A stretch of DNA of 62,449 nucleotides, filler included, from Basidiobolus ranarum (Eukaryota), in assembly GCA_040143965.1 (NCBI GenBank). It is 22 parts of 22 records of this genome, joined end to end, with 100 filler letters (N's around TTAATTAATTAA, not from the genome) between each part and the next. Parts side by side here need not be neighbours in the genome. Positions count along the whole stretch, not along the records: positions 11,411 to 14,161 come from JASJQH010003009.1; positions 14,262 to 17,011 come from JASJQH010003010.1; positions 17,112 to 19,859 come from JASJQH010003011.1; positions 19,960 to 22,706 come from JASJQH010003012.1; positions 22,807 to 25,552 come from JASJQH010003013.1; 17 more parts are not named here. One strand, given 5' to 3'. The notes beneath the pieces are model-generated. The model had not been told where the DNA came from. It searched no databases and saw only the letters and a program-made list of their open reading frames with translations. Shown one piece after another: positions 12,558 through 24,559 of the stretch. Made by a program: the position numbers and the translations under genes. Every line of letters starts with the position of its first letter. Position 1 is the first letter of the stretch.

Positions 12558-13535
12558 TGTTGAAAATAGTATGGCCTAAAGATCTATATATTCATATATA
12601 GCTTAGTATTTAGTAATTCCTTATTTCACCAAGACCTCATCCACTATTCTCAATCAGAACTTACATAAAATATTGACACCAACTTAGAAGTTCTCAGATA
12701 TATAGGTTTTTTAAACTTGTCCTAGAAGCCCCAAACTTTGCACAAATGCTCATGGGACGATCATTGACGCATTCTAAACATCTATTTGCTTACAGCTTGA
12801 CAAAACTGGAAATGTTAACTTTCTAATCTGCAGATCAATGAGTGAATGCTATGAATTTTTCAAGTCCTCCAAACCACTTCCAACAAACTCCCAAAATATT
12901 TCAATAGTTCATCCACCTTTTCAGAGGAAGGCAAAGTTTCAAAAATTTGAGAAGTAGGTATTACCGAGAGTGCAAGCTTGGGGCTCATCAACTCTTGAAG
13001 TATTTTAGAAGTTCGTTGGAAGTCATTAGGGGACCACAAAGATTGATGGAACTCACCTATTGATTTACAGAGTAGGAAGCTAACATTTATAGGTTTGTGA
13101 AGAAGTAAGCAAACAAACATGTAGAACATATCAAGGAAGGACCCAGGAACATTTGTGCAAAGTCTGAGGCTTCTAGGACAAGTTTGAAAAACCTATATAT
13201 CTGAGAACTTCCAAGTTGGTGTCAATATTCTATGCAAGTTCTGATTGAGAATAGTGGGTGCGATCTTGGTGAAATATGGAATAACTAAATACTAAACTAA
13301 ATATGACTATATAGGTGTTTAGGCTATGCTTATTTCTACAAGTTCTCAGATATATAGATTTTTCAAGCTTGTCCTAGAAGCCCTAAACTTTGCACAAATG
13401 TTCCTGGGACTTTTTTCAACACAGTCGACACATTCACTTGCTTACCTCTTGACAAAACTATAAATGTCAACTTGCTACTCAATAAATGAATAAGTGAAAA
13501 GCTGCAATTCTAGTGGTTCTTGAAACCACTTTCAT
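12558..13535. mobile_element. Cluster of copia family A LTRs: 12558-12906 (+), gag start/PBS remnant plus LTR at ~12907-13340 (-), partial LTR 13341-13535 (+)
   Basis: Three segments alignable to 17732-18079 in alternating orientation. PBS remnant GGGCTCATCAAC at 12981. Confidence 0.8.
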
Positions 13536-13954
13536 CTAAAGCACTGTAAACAATTACGTACATAAAAACATATGTCTACAGAAATATCTTGAGCCAGGAT
13601 AAGTTATAGTATCTTACAAATTCAGATCACAGGAAATGCCTAGAATTCTTATTGCCTCAAAACGAATATACTATATCATTAGCGACAATGCATTGGTATA
13701 TAGCTTTACACCATGGAAAAGATTTACTGAATACTGCATACTGCATACGATATTTACTAGCAAGGCGGCAGATTTTAGTAGTAGCTAGTAATGAAATAGA
13801 GTAAGAAGATGATATGAGAAGAACTATATAAGAGCCATGCATGTACGATACTAGGCTTGCTCTGTATAAAGTTGATAACAACAACAGATGGAACATTAAG
13901 GAAGTATGGAAGACAGACATGTTTATTGATTCATTTGCACTAATCTGAAGGGAG

Positions 13955-14161
13955 TTACTCGTCCGCCACATAAGTATATGGATCATTGTCAGGGTCACTA
14001 TTCCAAATATACTCGGCATAATTAAGTCTTTTGTTGAGTGGCTCTTCGCCAAAGTATTTTTTGACAAAATACGCGGCCATATCAGTTCCGGCACTGACAC
14101 CAGAAGATGAGATATACTTACCATCCTGAATCCATCGTGCATGTCGAACCCACTTAACATT
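13955..14161 (-). CDS. DJ-1/PfpI (ThiJ, isonitrile-hydratase-like) family protein, C-terminal fragment
   Basis: This frame is not in the ORF track: NVKWVRHARWIQDGKYISSSGVSAGTDMAAYFVKKYFGEEPLNKRLNYAEYIWNSDPDNDPYTYVADE*. ARWxxDGKxxxSSGVSAGxDM and EYxWxxDPxxDP are characteristic of the family. Confidence 0.88.
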   Translation of the reverse strand, partial: NVKWVRHARWIQDGKYISSSGVSAGTDMAAYFVKKYFGEEPLNKRLNYAEYIWNSDPDNDPYTYVADE

Positions 14162-14261
14162 NNNNNNNNNNNNNNNNNNNNNNNNNNNNNNNNNNNNNNN
14201 NNNNNTTAATTAATTAANNNNNNNNNNNNNNNNNNNNNNNNNNNNNNNNNNNNNNNNNNNN

Positions 14262-14934
14262 TACACAAGAAGCTATGTGGTTAAGGAAGTTATTTACAGA
14301 CTTAGCATACATGCAAAAACATGCTATTACTATATTTGAAGATAAGCAAAGTTGTATTTCATTAGCTAAAAATCCTACATTTCATGCTAGAACAAAACAT
14401 ATAGATATTAGGCATCATGTTGTTGGAGGTAGCAATAGAAAATGATAAAATTGAACTTGTCTATTGCCCTACTGAAGAAATGGTAGCTGATAACTTAACC
14501 AAACCTTTAGCTAAAGCACAATTTGAATTATTAAGATATAGGTTAGGTTTAAGAGAAATACAAAATAATTAGTTGAGTGGGAATGTTGAAATTAGATAAG
14601 TAGCAACTCATTATTTAGTAGTTAGTTTATTCTTATTATGATTATTTAGTACTCAATTCTGTCATTCAAAAATGTGTGTTTATTGCTCTAATTGATAGAA
14701 ATATCATTTAGATCACTTTTACCAATTTTCACTATTTTCTCAAAACTTCTCCTAATTATCTCAAATTTTCACCCATGCTTAACAGGCATGTTTGTTATGA
14801 TATAAGCATGTCCAATAATCCTATTTCATAGTAGACTAAAATAGGACATATTCAATTCAATAAAAATTAAGTGTCTAATTCACAAATCCAAATCTTATCC
14901 AAAACACTTCCAAATCCCCTAAACACTTTTATCA
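14262..14934 (+). mobile_element. Copia family B 3' end: RNase H remnant, PPT, complete 3' LTR (14584-14934)
   Basis: TQEAMWLRKLF...FEDKQSCISLAKNPTFHARTKHIDIRHH. PPT AGTTGAGTGGGAA. LTR TGTTGAAATTAG...CACTTTTATCA, 351 bp. Confidence 0.9.
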
Positions 14935-15734
14935 AAAAAAATGTAACTCAAAATTTACACATTGACCACATGAATGCTAATTTGTCATCTTTGAAAATCC
15001 TAGTTTCTTTGATATATTCTCCCAAAAAATTTTATGGAGTTCTTCATATGCAAGGTTTTGCTCATATGCCACACAAGTTTATATTAATATCTCCATCAAA
15101 GCCCACTATTGTATTAACATTGCTGAATCAACAATCTACCAGCTAGCTGGCAGATACCCTGCAGTATAGTGCACTATTTATTAAGTACTTCCCAGATATC
15201 TGCATGGTCTACACCAGACTGAATGTCAAGTTGTATGTTCTTCTTGTCAAGCCACTTTCTGCATACTTGCACTCATGCTGGCCAAGGTAGAACAATTTAG
15301 CATGATTAAACCCACTGGCCCAGTAAAGAGGTTTAAGCAAGGTTCCTTCTGTGGAAATAACAAGTAGACAACAAAAATAATGGAAATGAATGATCATATA
15401 CCACTTCAAACCTGGGCAACTGCTGAATGCTCTTGTTAATACTTGCATTGACCTATCTTTACTTTTTGGTGCATAATGCAAAATAAATATGAATATCAGT
15501 TAAATATGGCATAAATTACTTTAATTAGATCACAAATGCTTATGTCTTTATGAAACATTGATTAAGTGAAATTATCATATATCAAAAATATCAATGATGA
15601 CATATTACTACAAGCAATTTCACCACAATTAAATGAATAATGTCTGTCAACAAAAAGCTTGTGCAGCTGCATTGGCTTGATATGGCTCAGTCTGCATACA
15701 TTCTCACCAAATTAGAAGCTTACATGATTGAATC

Positions 15735-16474
15735 TGATAAAAGAGTTTAGGGGATTTGGAAGTGTTTTGGACAAGATTTGGATTTGTGAATTAGATACTT
15801 AAGTTTTATTGAATTGAATATGTCCTACTTTAGTTTACTATGAAATAGGACTATTGGACATGCTTAGATCATAACAAACATGCCTGTTAAGCATTGTTGA
15901 AAATTTGAGGTGATTTGGAGAAGTCTTGAGAAAATAGTGAAAATTGGTAAAAGTGATTTAATTGATATTTCTATCAATTAGAGCAATAAACACACATTTG
16001 TGAATGACAGAATTGAGTGCTAAATAATCATAATATGAATAAACTAACTACTAAATAATGAGTTGCTATTTACCTAATTTCAACATTCCCACTCAACTGA
16101 TTATTTTAAATTTCTCTTAAACCTAACTTATGTCTTAATAATTCAAATTGTGCTTTAGTTAAATGTTTGGTTAAGATATCAGCTATCATTTCTTCAGTAG
16201 GACAATAGACAAGTTCAATTATATCAATCTCTGTTGGTTCTCTAACAAAGTGATGCCTAACATCTATGTGTTTTGTTCTAGCATGAAATGTAGGGTTTTT
16301 AGCTAATGAAATACAACTTTGCTTATCTTCAAATATAGTAATAGCATGTTTTTGCATGTATGCTAAGTCTGTAAATAACTTCCTTAACCACATAGCTTCT
16401 TGTGTAGAAGCAGAGGCAGCCATATACCCTCTCTGCTTCTGTAGTGGAAAGTGCTATGGTAGGTTGCTTCTGAC
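15735..16474 (-). mobile_element. Copia family B 3' end (RNase H, PPT, LTR 15735-16085), interrupted by a CMC transposon end
   Basis: Track ORF 16106-16423 carries copia RNase H motifs (QKQPTIALSTTEAE, KHIDVRHHFVRE). It is an inverted copy of 14262-14934. Confidence 0.9.
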
Positions 16475-17011
16475 CCCTAACAAAAATAAAATTGATTTGA
16501 TCCGGAGCAGATCCACCCTCCAAAATAGCAAAACTGTCAGAGAATGAGCACAATATCATTGGCTTGCATTCTGCCAGGGATTTTGCTGATGTGACGGTGG
16601 TTTCTTGACAGTATCTTAGCGGTATTGATACATGTTGAAATATTGATACTCAAATTTGGCATGCATTATTCAATATCCAGCAATTTTTGCAAAAATATAA
16701 TTTTTGAATGACAAATTATTGTGTTTACTGCTGTAGGAATTCAAATTAATATGAATGCCTTTATTTAGATATTTTAGGCTTTGTATTCCAGCCATAATGA
16801 GAATCAAAAAATACAAGAATCTTGCTGTGTTTAGACTCTACATATGCACATAATTGACTGATTAGACATAACTGAACAATATCAATATGCTTTACCAGCA
16901 AACTAATGGTGGAAAAATTGCTAAACATACAAAATTTTGAATAGCCCTGACACTTGGCAAATAGCTGACTCTTGTTACCATTCACAATGAGAATAAGATC
17001 TTGGATTTTGG
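16475..17011 (-). mobile_element. CMC/EnSpm transposon terminus and transposase C-terminus
   Basis: Reverse complement of ~49780-50306. It begins CCCTAACAAAA...GATTTGATCCGGAGCAGATCCACCCTCC exactly where the host copia RNase H breaks. The same terminus occurs at 36883. Confidence 0.75.
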
Positions 17012-17111
17012 NNNNNNNNNNNNNNNNNNNNNNNNNNNNNNNNNNNNNNNNNNNNTTAATTAATTAANNNNNNNNNNNNNNNNNNNNNNNNNNNNNNNNN
17101 NNNNNNNNNNN

Positions 17112-18660
17112 GGTGCTTCTGAAGAGAAAGTGTATAGTTTTAAGGATGGACTACATGTTCCATATATTGCCAACAATATAATGTTGGTATGCATTGCAAC
17201 CTCAGAAGGGCTAAAATTCAATTTTGATAAGTCAGGATTCATGATCACTGATCAACATAGGAATTATTTAGCTTAGGGAGAAAAGAATCAGAACTTATAC
17301 AAACTTATATATAATTTAAGAGGTTTATATGTAGATATAAGTTATTCCAATCCCAACACTACTCAATTATGGCGTAAGAGATTTGGTCATATTGAATTTG
17401 ATTACTTGAGCAAAGTGATCAATAATCACCTAATCTCTGAATTTCAAATTGACCCTGTCAGCCAATATAGATATTTGAGAGGATTGTATATATGGAAAAC
17501 AAGCCAGGCAACCATTCAAGAGCTCTGGTTTAATTGAGTTGTTAAAAAATCAGATCTAATTCATTCAGATTTGACTAGGCCTGTGCAAAATTTATCTTTA
17601 GGTGGAAAAAAATATTTAATAACATTTTTTGATGACTACATAAGATACAATTGGTTCTACTTTATGGAAAGAATAGAAGAAGAAGCTATCTCTAACTTCA
17701 GGTATTTTGAAACACTCATAGAGATTGAAACTGTTAAAGTATTTGGGAGCCTGTTGGAAGTGGTTTGGAGAATTAGAGGAATTGGTGGTTTTCACTTATT
17801 AATTTATTGAGTAGAAAGTTGACATTTGTAGTTTTGTCAAGATGTAAACAAACTAACATGTAGAATGTGTTAAGGAGGTCCCAGAAACATGTGTGCAAAG
17901 TGTGGGGCTTCTAGCACAAATTTGAAAAAATCCATATATCTGAGAACTTCTAAGTTGGTAAAAATATTCTAAGTAAATCCCAATTGAGAATAATTGATAA
18001 TATCTTAGTGAGTTATAAGATAACTAAGTACTAAGTTATATATGACTATATAGGTGTTTAAGCAATGCTAATTTCAACAGGAACTGGAACTAAAATCAAG
18101 AAAATACATACTGATAATTGTGGAGAATATACTTCAACACTATTAAGTCACTATTGCAAAGTTCAAATGGAGTGGCTGAAAGTGCCAACAAGACTATGAG
18201 AAAAATAGCTAGATCTATGATAAATGAACAAAATTTACCACATAGTTTTTGGGTGGAATCTGTTTCTACAGTGGTATATCTGAAGAATAGAAGTTTTACT
18301 AGAAGTCTGTCTAACTCTCACCATATCAAACTTGGTTTGGAGTTAAATGTGATGCTTAACATCTGAGGATCTTTGGATACATTGCTTATGTCAAAGTTAT
18401 GCTCAAAAACTGGTCTTAATTTGAACCAAAAAGTATAAAATGCATATTTCTGGGTTATCATACTCAACCTAAGGCCTACAGACTGAATGATACTAAAATT
18501 TCAAAGTTAATCGAGTCCAGGGATGTTATGTTTGATAAAAATGAACTATTTTCACCCAAAATGACCTCAGAAGTTGATGAGAATCAATTTTCTCCTGGTC
18601 CAATCATTCAATTGATTCCAACCAAAACAATAACAAAGATAGCCTTCCTGTGGACTCCTT
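17112..18660 (+). mobile_element. Degenerate copia pol (GAG-pre-integrase and integrase) split by a solo LTR
   Basis: LWRKRFGH, LIHSDLTRPVQNLSLGGKKYLITFFDDY, KIHTDN, NGVAESANKT, KCIFLGY. Several frameshifts. Confidence 0.88.
17732..18079 (-). mobile_element. Solo LTR, copia family A, with 5-bp TSD
   Basis: TG...CA ends, 348 bp, flanked by GAAAC (17727-17731) and GGAAC (18080-18084). The host integrase frame IET/GTKIKK resumes after it. Confidence 0.92.
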
Positions 18661-18801
18661 AACCAAATTTCTGCCTGCTGAGTGCCCAATACCCGAAGCA
18701 AGTCACACCATGAGAAAGAGCGCCTTGGTTAAAATAGGATAGATGGAGGCCAGTCCATGCAAATATGTTTAGATGGTCACGATTTTCAGTTCTCGGAAAT
18801 T

Positions 18802-18818
18802 CGGTGGGAGTTTTGCCG
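18802..18818. promoter_or_regulatory. CGG-N11-CCG motif (Zn2Cys6/Gal4-type site), candidate
   Basis: CGGTGGGAGTTTTGCCG lies about 230 bp upstream of the ATG at 19050, with an extra CGG at 18794. Confidence 0.3.
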
Positions 18819-19049
18819 AAAACTGCTTCAGAAGAACACCGAATATCTCATAGTTTGATCCCCTTCAGTGAATCATGCCGTTACAAATGATGCGAATTAC
18901 GAATAAGGTTACTAATTCGCTGATGATTAAGAATGTCTTAGAATGTTTTTAAATCTGAGCTTAGTAATCCTAACGATAGATCGACGCTTTTAAACACCTC
19001 ACTTTGCTCAGTTTCCAATTCAAAATATTCCCTCATCTTATCTACTACA

Positions 19050-19859
19050 ATGAGTTCTAAAATCAATCTTGGTATTATTGGCTTGAGTGCTGCCAACTCA
19101 TGGGCTAGTAACGCTCATTACCCATATCTGAAGGACTCTGATAAGTACAGGATCGCCGCGATATCTAACTCAAAGCTTGAATCATCAGAAGCAGCAGCTG
19201 AGAAATATGGTATCCCCAGGGAACATGCCCATGCTTCAGCTGATAGTATCGCGGCAGATCGCGATGTCAATCTAGTGGTTGTTTCGGTCAAAGTACCCTA
19301 TCATAAGCAACTCCTCTTGCCTGCCATCAAGGCTAAGAAAGATGTATTCTCAGAATGGCCACTAGGTGCTAACCTCGAGGAAGCACAAGAGATAGCTCAT
19401 CTCGCGCAGGAGGCTGGTGTGCGAACCATGGTTGGCCTACAAGCACGTCAAGATGTGGCTATTAATGAGGCCAAAAAACTGGTAGATTCTGGAAAACTAG
19501 GTGAAATTCTATCGACCTCTTTCATGGGTTACGGCTTAGCTTGGACTGATATTGCAGATGAATCGAATGCTTATGGGTATGACATCAAAAATGGCGCTAC
19601 ACTAACCACGATACCATCTGGACATTCTCTTGATGCCATATGCTATGTTCTTGGGGAATTCGAAACAGTTAGCGCTACGGCAATAGTACGTACACCTAAA
19701 ACACTTATTAATGATGGTACATCTACTAGAGAGATTGAGAAGACAGCACACGATCACCTAGCCATTACTGGCACTCTTCAATCCGGAGCCATTGTCTCCT
19801 TTATTATGAAGCCAGGTGTACCAGCAGTAAAGGGAGTCAAGGGTCTATATTGGGAAATT
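19050..19859 (+). CDS. Gfo/Idh/MocA family oxidoreductase (Gal80-like), 3' truncated
   Basis: 270 uninterrupted codons. Rossmann start LGIIGLSA..WA..AH, then VNLVVVSVKVPYH, FSEWPLG, VGLQAR, TIPSGHSLD. Confidence 0.92.
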
Positions 19860-19959
19860 NNNNNNNNNNNNNNNNNNNNNNNNNNNNNNNNNNNNNNNNN
19901 NNNTTAATTAATTAANNNNNNNNNNNNNNNNNNNNNNNNNNNNNNNNNNNNNNNNNNNN

Positions 19960-20425
19960 TTTCAATATCCGCGCAATTCATGTAATATTCACGATTACCA
20001 ATTCTGTTGATCCATGCCCAGGCAAAGACGACATTCTTACTGGAACCAGCAGTACTAGGAATATTCACAGAATATTCCGTGCTTGCAATCAGACAATCTC
20101 CGTAGATGGTTTCTAGCACGGCAAAGGTCTTGCCTTTGTCATAAGAAATAGCGAATTGGCAGTGACCTCCACCATGAGTGGCGCCACCACCAATCTTCAC
20201 TTGCAGAGAGCCACCAGCTTTTACGGTTTGAACAATCCCACCTTGTTCATAACCCTTGCAAGGGTAAATGCCCAAAGGATTCACCATGTTATAATCAGGT
20301 GTGCTTGTCCATGTAGGATTGTACCGTGAGTGGCGTGGTGGAGGCTGAACCATTTCCATATGCGCGACGGTCAACGTCACGAACGCAAATAGGTAAAGAG
20401 CAGATTGCAAGAAATTAGAGAACAT
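19960..20425 (-). CDS. Lytic polysaccharide monooxygenase, AA11-like (probably chitin-active), 3' truncated
   Basis: Signal peptide ends VA|H, placing His1 at the mature N-terminus. PCKG, ATHGGGHCQFAISYD, FAWAWINRIGNREYYMNCADI. The start at 20425 is preferred to the track start 20494. TATAAATA lies on the - strand near 20480. Confidence 0.9.
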
Positions 20426-22476
20426 CTTGAAATAACGGTTAGTATTGCCTTTACTAAACATCAAACCTAGAGTATTTATACGAATGGCTACCAAATAATT
20501 AACCGAATAAGAATGTTGTATACCGATGTGCAGTCAAAGTATAATTTACTTGGACTATTCTAATATTGACGTTGAAATATTATTATCTGTTGTGATGCTT
20601 CGTACTCTTCTAATACTGAAATGGATATATTGCTTTCTCGGTCAAGTAATTATTTTCTAAAGCTACCTAGTGCTATACTATGCATATTCGTCTATGAACT
20701 GGTGAAGGCAGTGTATCACTTATTGAAGAAGTGTTAATTTAACAATCGGATACATGGGTAAGTAACCCGAGTTTAATAAATCCAAACCTGATGTTAACTT
20801 CGAGATTCATACCAGTTTAAATATGGTTTGGGATGGGTAATTTAACCAACTCTATTACATGGTTTGAGTTAATGACTGCACTAATTCTATGATTGTATTA
20901 AAAGCTCCGTAGTTAGAATTTGACTGCTACAAAAAGATTCTCATTCTGGAACTTGAAGTAGCGTTGAGCGTTGCCGAAGCAAATATAATTTTCGAGAGCT
21001 GAGGTTGCCGTAATTCACTCACTCACGGAGCTCTATATGGTTAAAAATAGTTCAAGCACCTGAAAAAGACCTATGTGTCTGCAATTTGTACCAATGGATT
21101 AATAATGTGTGAGGGTTAGCAATAGTCAACTTTTAAGGTTCGGCCTTTGGGTTCAGAAGAGTTTTATCAAAAAGCACTGCATCAATGATTTTCGGTCAGG
21201 ATCAGGTGCACTAAGTGGATTGGAGTATTGCACCGAAACAAAAGTAGCACCTACTACTGAGAGTTCTCTAAACGAGTGTGGTAAATAAATATTCTCGAAG
21301 GAACGATGTCATTTGCAGCCACTGTTGTATTGTATTTTCCTCATTTGAATGGAGCTAGAATCATTTGTTAGTGCGAATATATAGATTACAGTAAAACTAT
21401 TTCTCGTGGGTACCTACTCGATATGTTTAGTAAAAGGAGACTCATTAATATCCAACTGAGTCACAACAGCCAAGGGTATTTGCCATACTAAGTATGCGGG
21501 CGGATAATAATGGAGACAGAGAGAGTATGGTCATAACTGTTTGCAGCTCAAGTCTTTTAAAGGGTACAATCACTCACCTACATCATGAATACCTTTAAGC
21601 AACTATTTTTTGTGCCTTTTCATTACACTGCTAATAGCTTGAGTGCATAATATTTATAAAATCCAGATTCAGTTAAATTCAAATTTTTGGTTTTCAGTTT
21701 TTATTACGGAAAGTGTTTAGCACTTAGCAAGTAGTATATAAAATGTTTATATACATCCATGCGATCCTGCATAATACTCTCTTTCTATGACTGAGTTTGT
21801 CTACTTGAACGCAAGCCTCTGTTGTCTAGTACTGTTAACAAGTATCTCATCACAGGAATCTATTTCCACTTATCGTAATATCCTTTTATAGTTCTTTCAC
21901 TATTCTAAGGTGCTAGAGAGGCCATCGGTTCTGTAGGATTTAAGACGTACTCTCAAAAAAAGGTTCTAATATCTTTGTTCAAAATATTCGTCAAAGTTAC
22001 TAGCCATATCTCCATCGACCTTTCTTCTCACCAGCTCACTATTATCCAATCATGGATTTGGCAGCTAAACTACCATAGTGATTGATGCTCTACTCCCTGG
22101 CGTGAGGAATTCTAATGGTAAAAGAAAAGAAATAATATAGAAATGCTAGCAGTTCTCCATAATTAAAAACTTTAGTAATATTTGAGGAACAAATTATTAG
22201 TGGAAGCTTCAGTCATCCATTATTTATAGACTTAAACGATACGTCACCCAAGGCGTCCTAGCAGAACAAATCAGGGAGTTCTGTATGAAATAATGGGAAG
22301 GGAAGTTGAAGCATAAATGGCACAAATGGCACAAATGGCGGTGCGAACCTGGCATATTGAATTAGCCAAGACGTATATGGCATCAAAATCTATTTTTGCA
22401 ACTAAGCCTAGAGATTTTGAGTTTCTCTATATATAAGCAGATAACGAGATGATCAGTTTCATAACAATCCGGAATA

Positions 22477-22706
22477 ATGAAGTCTAGCATCCTCTACTCC
22501 CTCATCCTTGCCACCTACTTTTATCGGCCAGCAGAAGCTCTCCCCAAGTTTGACAAAAGTGCAGCTTGGGGTAAACGGGATTATTCTTGCCTTGACTTCA
22601 ATACTCCTACTGAGGGAGCGCACTTGAGACCTGGTCAGATAGCTAAACTCAACTGGAAGATAGGCCAGTGTGGATCCAGTGGTGATGTGATAACTACCTA
22701 CGACCT
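22477..22706 (+). CDS. Small secreted protein, 5' part only
   Basis: Signal peptide MKSSILYSLILATYFYRPAEA, dibasic KR, then an FNTPTEG...G...LNW beta-sandwich-like pattern. TATATAA about 45 bp upstream. Confidence 0.7.
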
Positions 22707-22806
22707 NNNNNNNNNNNNNNNNNNNNNNNNNNNNNNNNNNNNNNNNNNNNTTAATTAATTAANNNNNNNNNNNNNNNNNNNNNNNNNNNNNNNNNNNNNN
22801 NNNNNN

Positions 22807-23550
22807 AGCGCAGAAATTTTAAGCCCCAAATATATAGTAAATCACTAGTTGAGCAGAGTTCAACAGTAACACCATCAAGACCCTTGTCATGAAAAATGTC
22901 AACTTTGCCAACTATTGAACATTCCTCCATTTAAAATTTAGGTAGAATTATTACAACAAGGGAATTGCAGGCAGAACACTGTATTAACTTGAATCTAATC
23001 ATAAGTAAAAGCTGTAAAGTTGTGATACAGGACATGACAAGCAATAATGGTGGCATTTTGCAATTGACGCAGCATTCTGAAGCAACCAGTCAACAGTCAG
23101 AGAGTCTCTTGACAATGACACAAGACCTTCAGAATGCTATACTTGAGCTACAGCAACATGCTGTTCCCTCTATCCATTCTCATATAGGATTTCAATCAAT
23201 CTCATACAATCTATATGAATGTCACCATGACAATCTAGCAGAGCATAATATGCGTCGGACCATCAAGCCTACACAATGACCCAAAATTGCTTTGCACATC
23301 AAAGTAGAAATCTCAAAGAAAAACTGGCAAATCAAAAGACTCTGAGTGTCAGAGCTGCCATCACTTGCTCCAATGATGAGTGGTTTAACATTTTGGAAAT
23401 TGTGTGGAATCTTGCCCAAAATAACCTTGATTTGAGCCAATTGTGGAAAAACCAAAAACCAGGCATTACTATCAATGTTCTGGAATTTTTTCATTTGGCT
23501 TATCCTGGGTTTTTGCAAGCAAATGGCAATTGGGCTATTATAGGCCTATT
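22807..23550 (+). mobile_element. CMC transposon ORF2 remnant
   Basis: Homologous to 45900-46560 and 48440-49130 (QDLQNAILELQQHA; RAAITCSNDEWFNILE...WKNQKPGIT). Confidence 0.75.
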
Positions 23551-23860
23551 TGTCATAATTCCAATCTTGGCATACTAATACACTGCAAATGGAACTTGTC
23601 TATTACTATATTATGAAATCATATCTGCTGTGCCATCCTTTCTTGGCAATCTTGTGCTAGTTCATCCAGGTTATGTTACATGGTGGTCATTTTCTTTGGA
23701 ACATTCCATGAAACCTAAGCAATCATATCATCCCATATATTGTAGATTTCTGCCAAGACCTTGCAAGCAAGGTCACCTGATCATCTGTATGTCATACCTC
23801 TTTGTATTGGTCCTTATAGTCCTCAACACCCCAACACTTGAGCTTGTGACAGTATATTTG
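23551..23860 (+). mobile_element. Gypsy family C LTR, 5' part, inserted in CMC ORF2
   Basis: TGTCATAATTCCAATCTTGGCATAC matches the reverse complement of 59550-59573. The internal match continues to ~59280. Confidence 0.7.
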
Positions 23861-24264
23861 TTGAAGTTTATTGTCTTTATCATATTTGTTGAAGTTTATT
23901 GTCTTTAGCACATTTGTTATCTTTATCTTTATACACCTAACTATCTCATATGTCACATATAACATAGTTAAGATTACTTACTCAATTATCACATAACTGC
24001 AAATTGGAACATATGTTTTACTTATATGTGAATAATGTGAAAATTAGCAATTCCATATTGGAAATTTCAAATTTGTCCAAATTGCCCCAAAAATAACTCA
24101 TTTACTCCCACAGATGTTCTGAGCACCACCCCAGTGTTACTTTTCTGTGTTTCCACATAAATATATAAATGCTTCATTTCTGGACAATGAATAATTATCT
24201 CACAAAAGCTATTCAAAACTCCACTTTGCTAAAATTGCTCCAAACAGCCCATATTTTCCCATGA

Positions 24265-24550
24265 AGTTATAAGCCCTGTGTTCTGACCTTTTTTGTAAGA
24301 CCAAAACCACTACTACAACTTTTATCAACTCAAGTGTTGAAAAGCTTGATCGGAAAGTTACAATATCTGGAAGTTCAAGATGCAAATCATGCCAGAAGAC
24401 AGGGACCTTTGGGATGTAGTCTCTGGAGTTGAAAAGGAACCTTCTGACCCTTCTTTATTGGAAGGTTAGAAGAAAAGAGATAAGAAGGCCTCTAATGTTA
24501 TTTGTGAAAGTTTGAAGGATTCACAACTGGTGAATATTAGATTTGTTCCA
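24265..24550 (+). mobile_element. Copia PBS-like site and gag start (third lineage)
   Basis: AGTTATAAGCCC, then VEKLD...IWKFKMQIMPEDRDLWDVVSG (gag N-terminal motif). Confidence 0.7.
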
Positions 24551-24559
24551 TCAGACCAG

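Noticed and set aside
13657-14160. 167-aa hydrophobic ORF in the track
   Set aside because: It is a shadow of the DJ-1/PfpI frame (13955-14161) plus 3' flank, with no recognisable motifs.
20903-21032. Possible MITE bounded by AGCTCCGT...ACGGAGCT
   Set aside because: Only 8 bp of perfect inverted repeat, no clear TSD and a single copy in the window.
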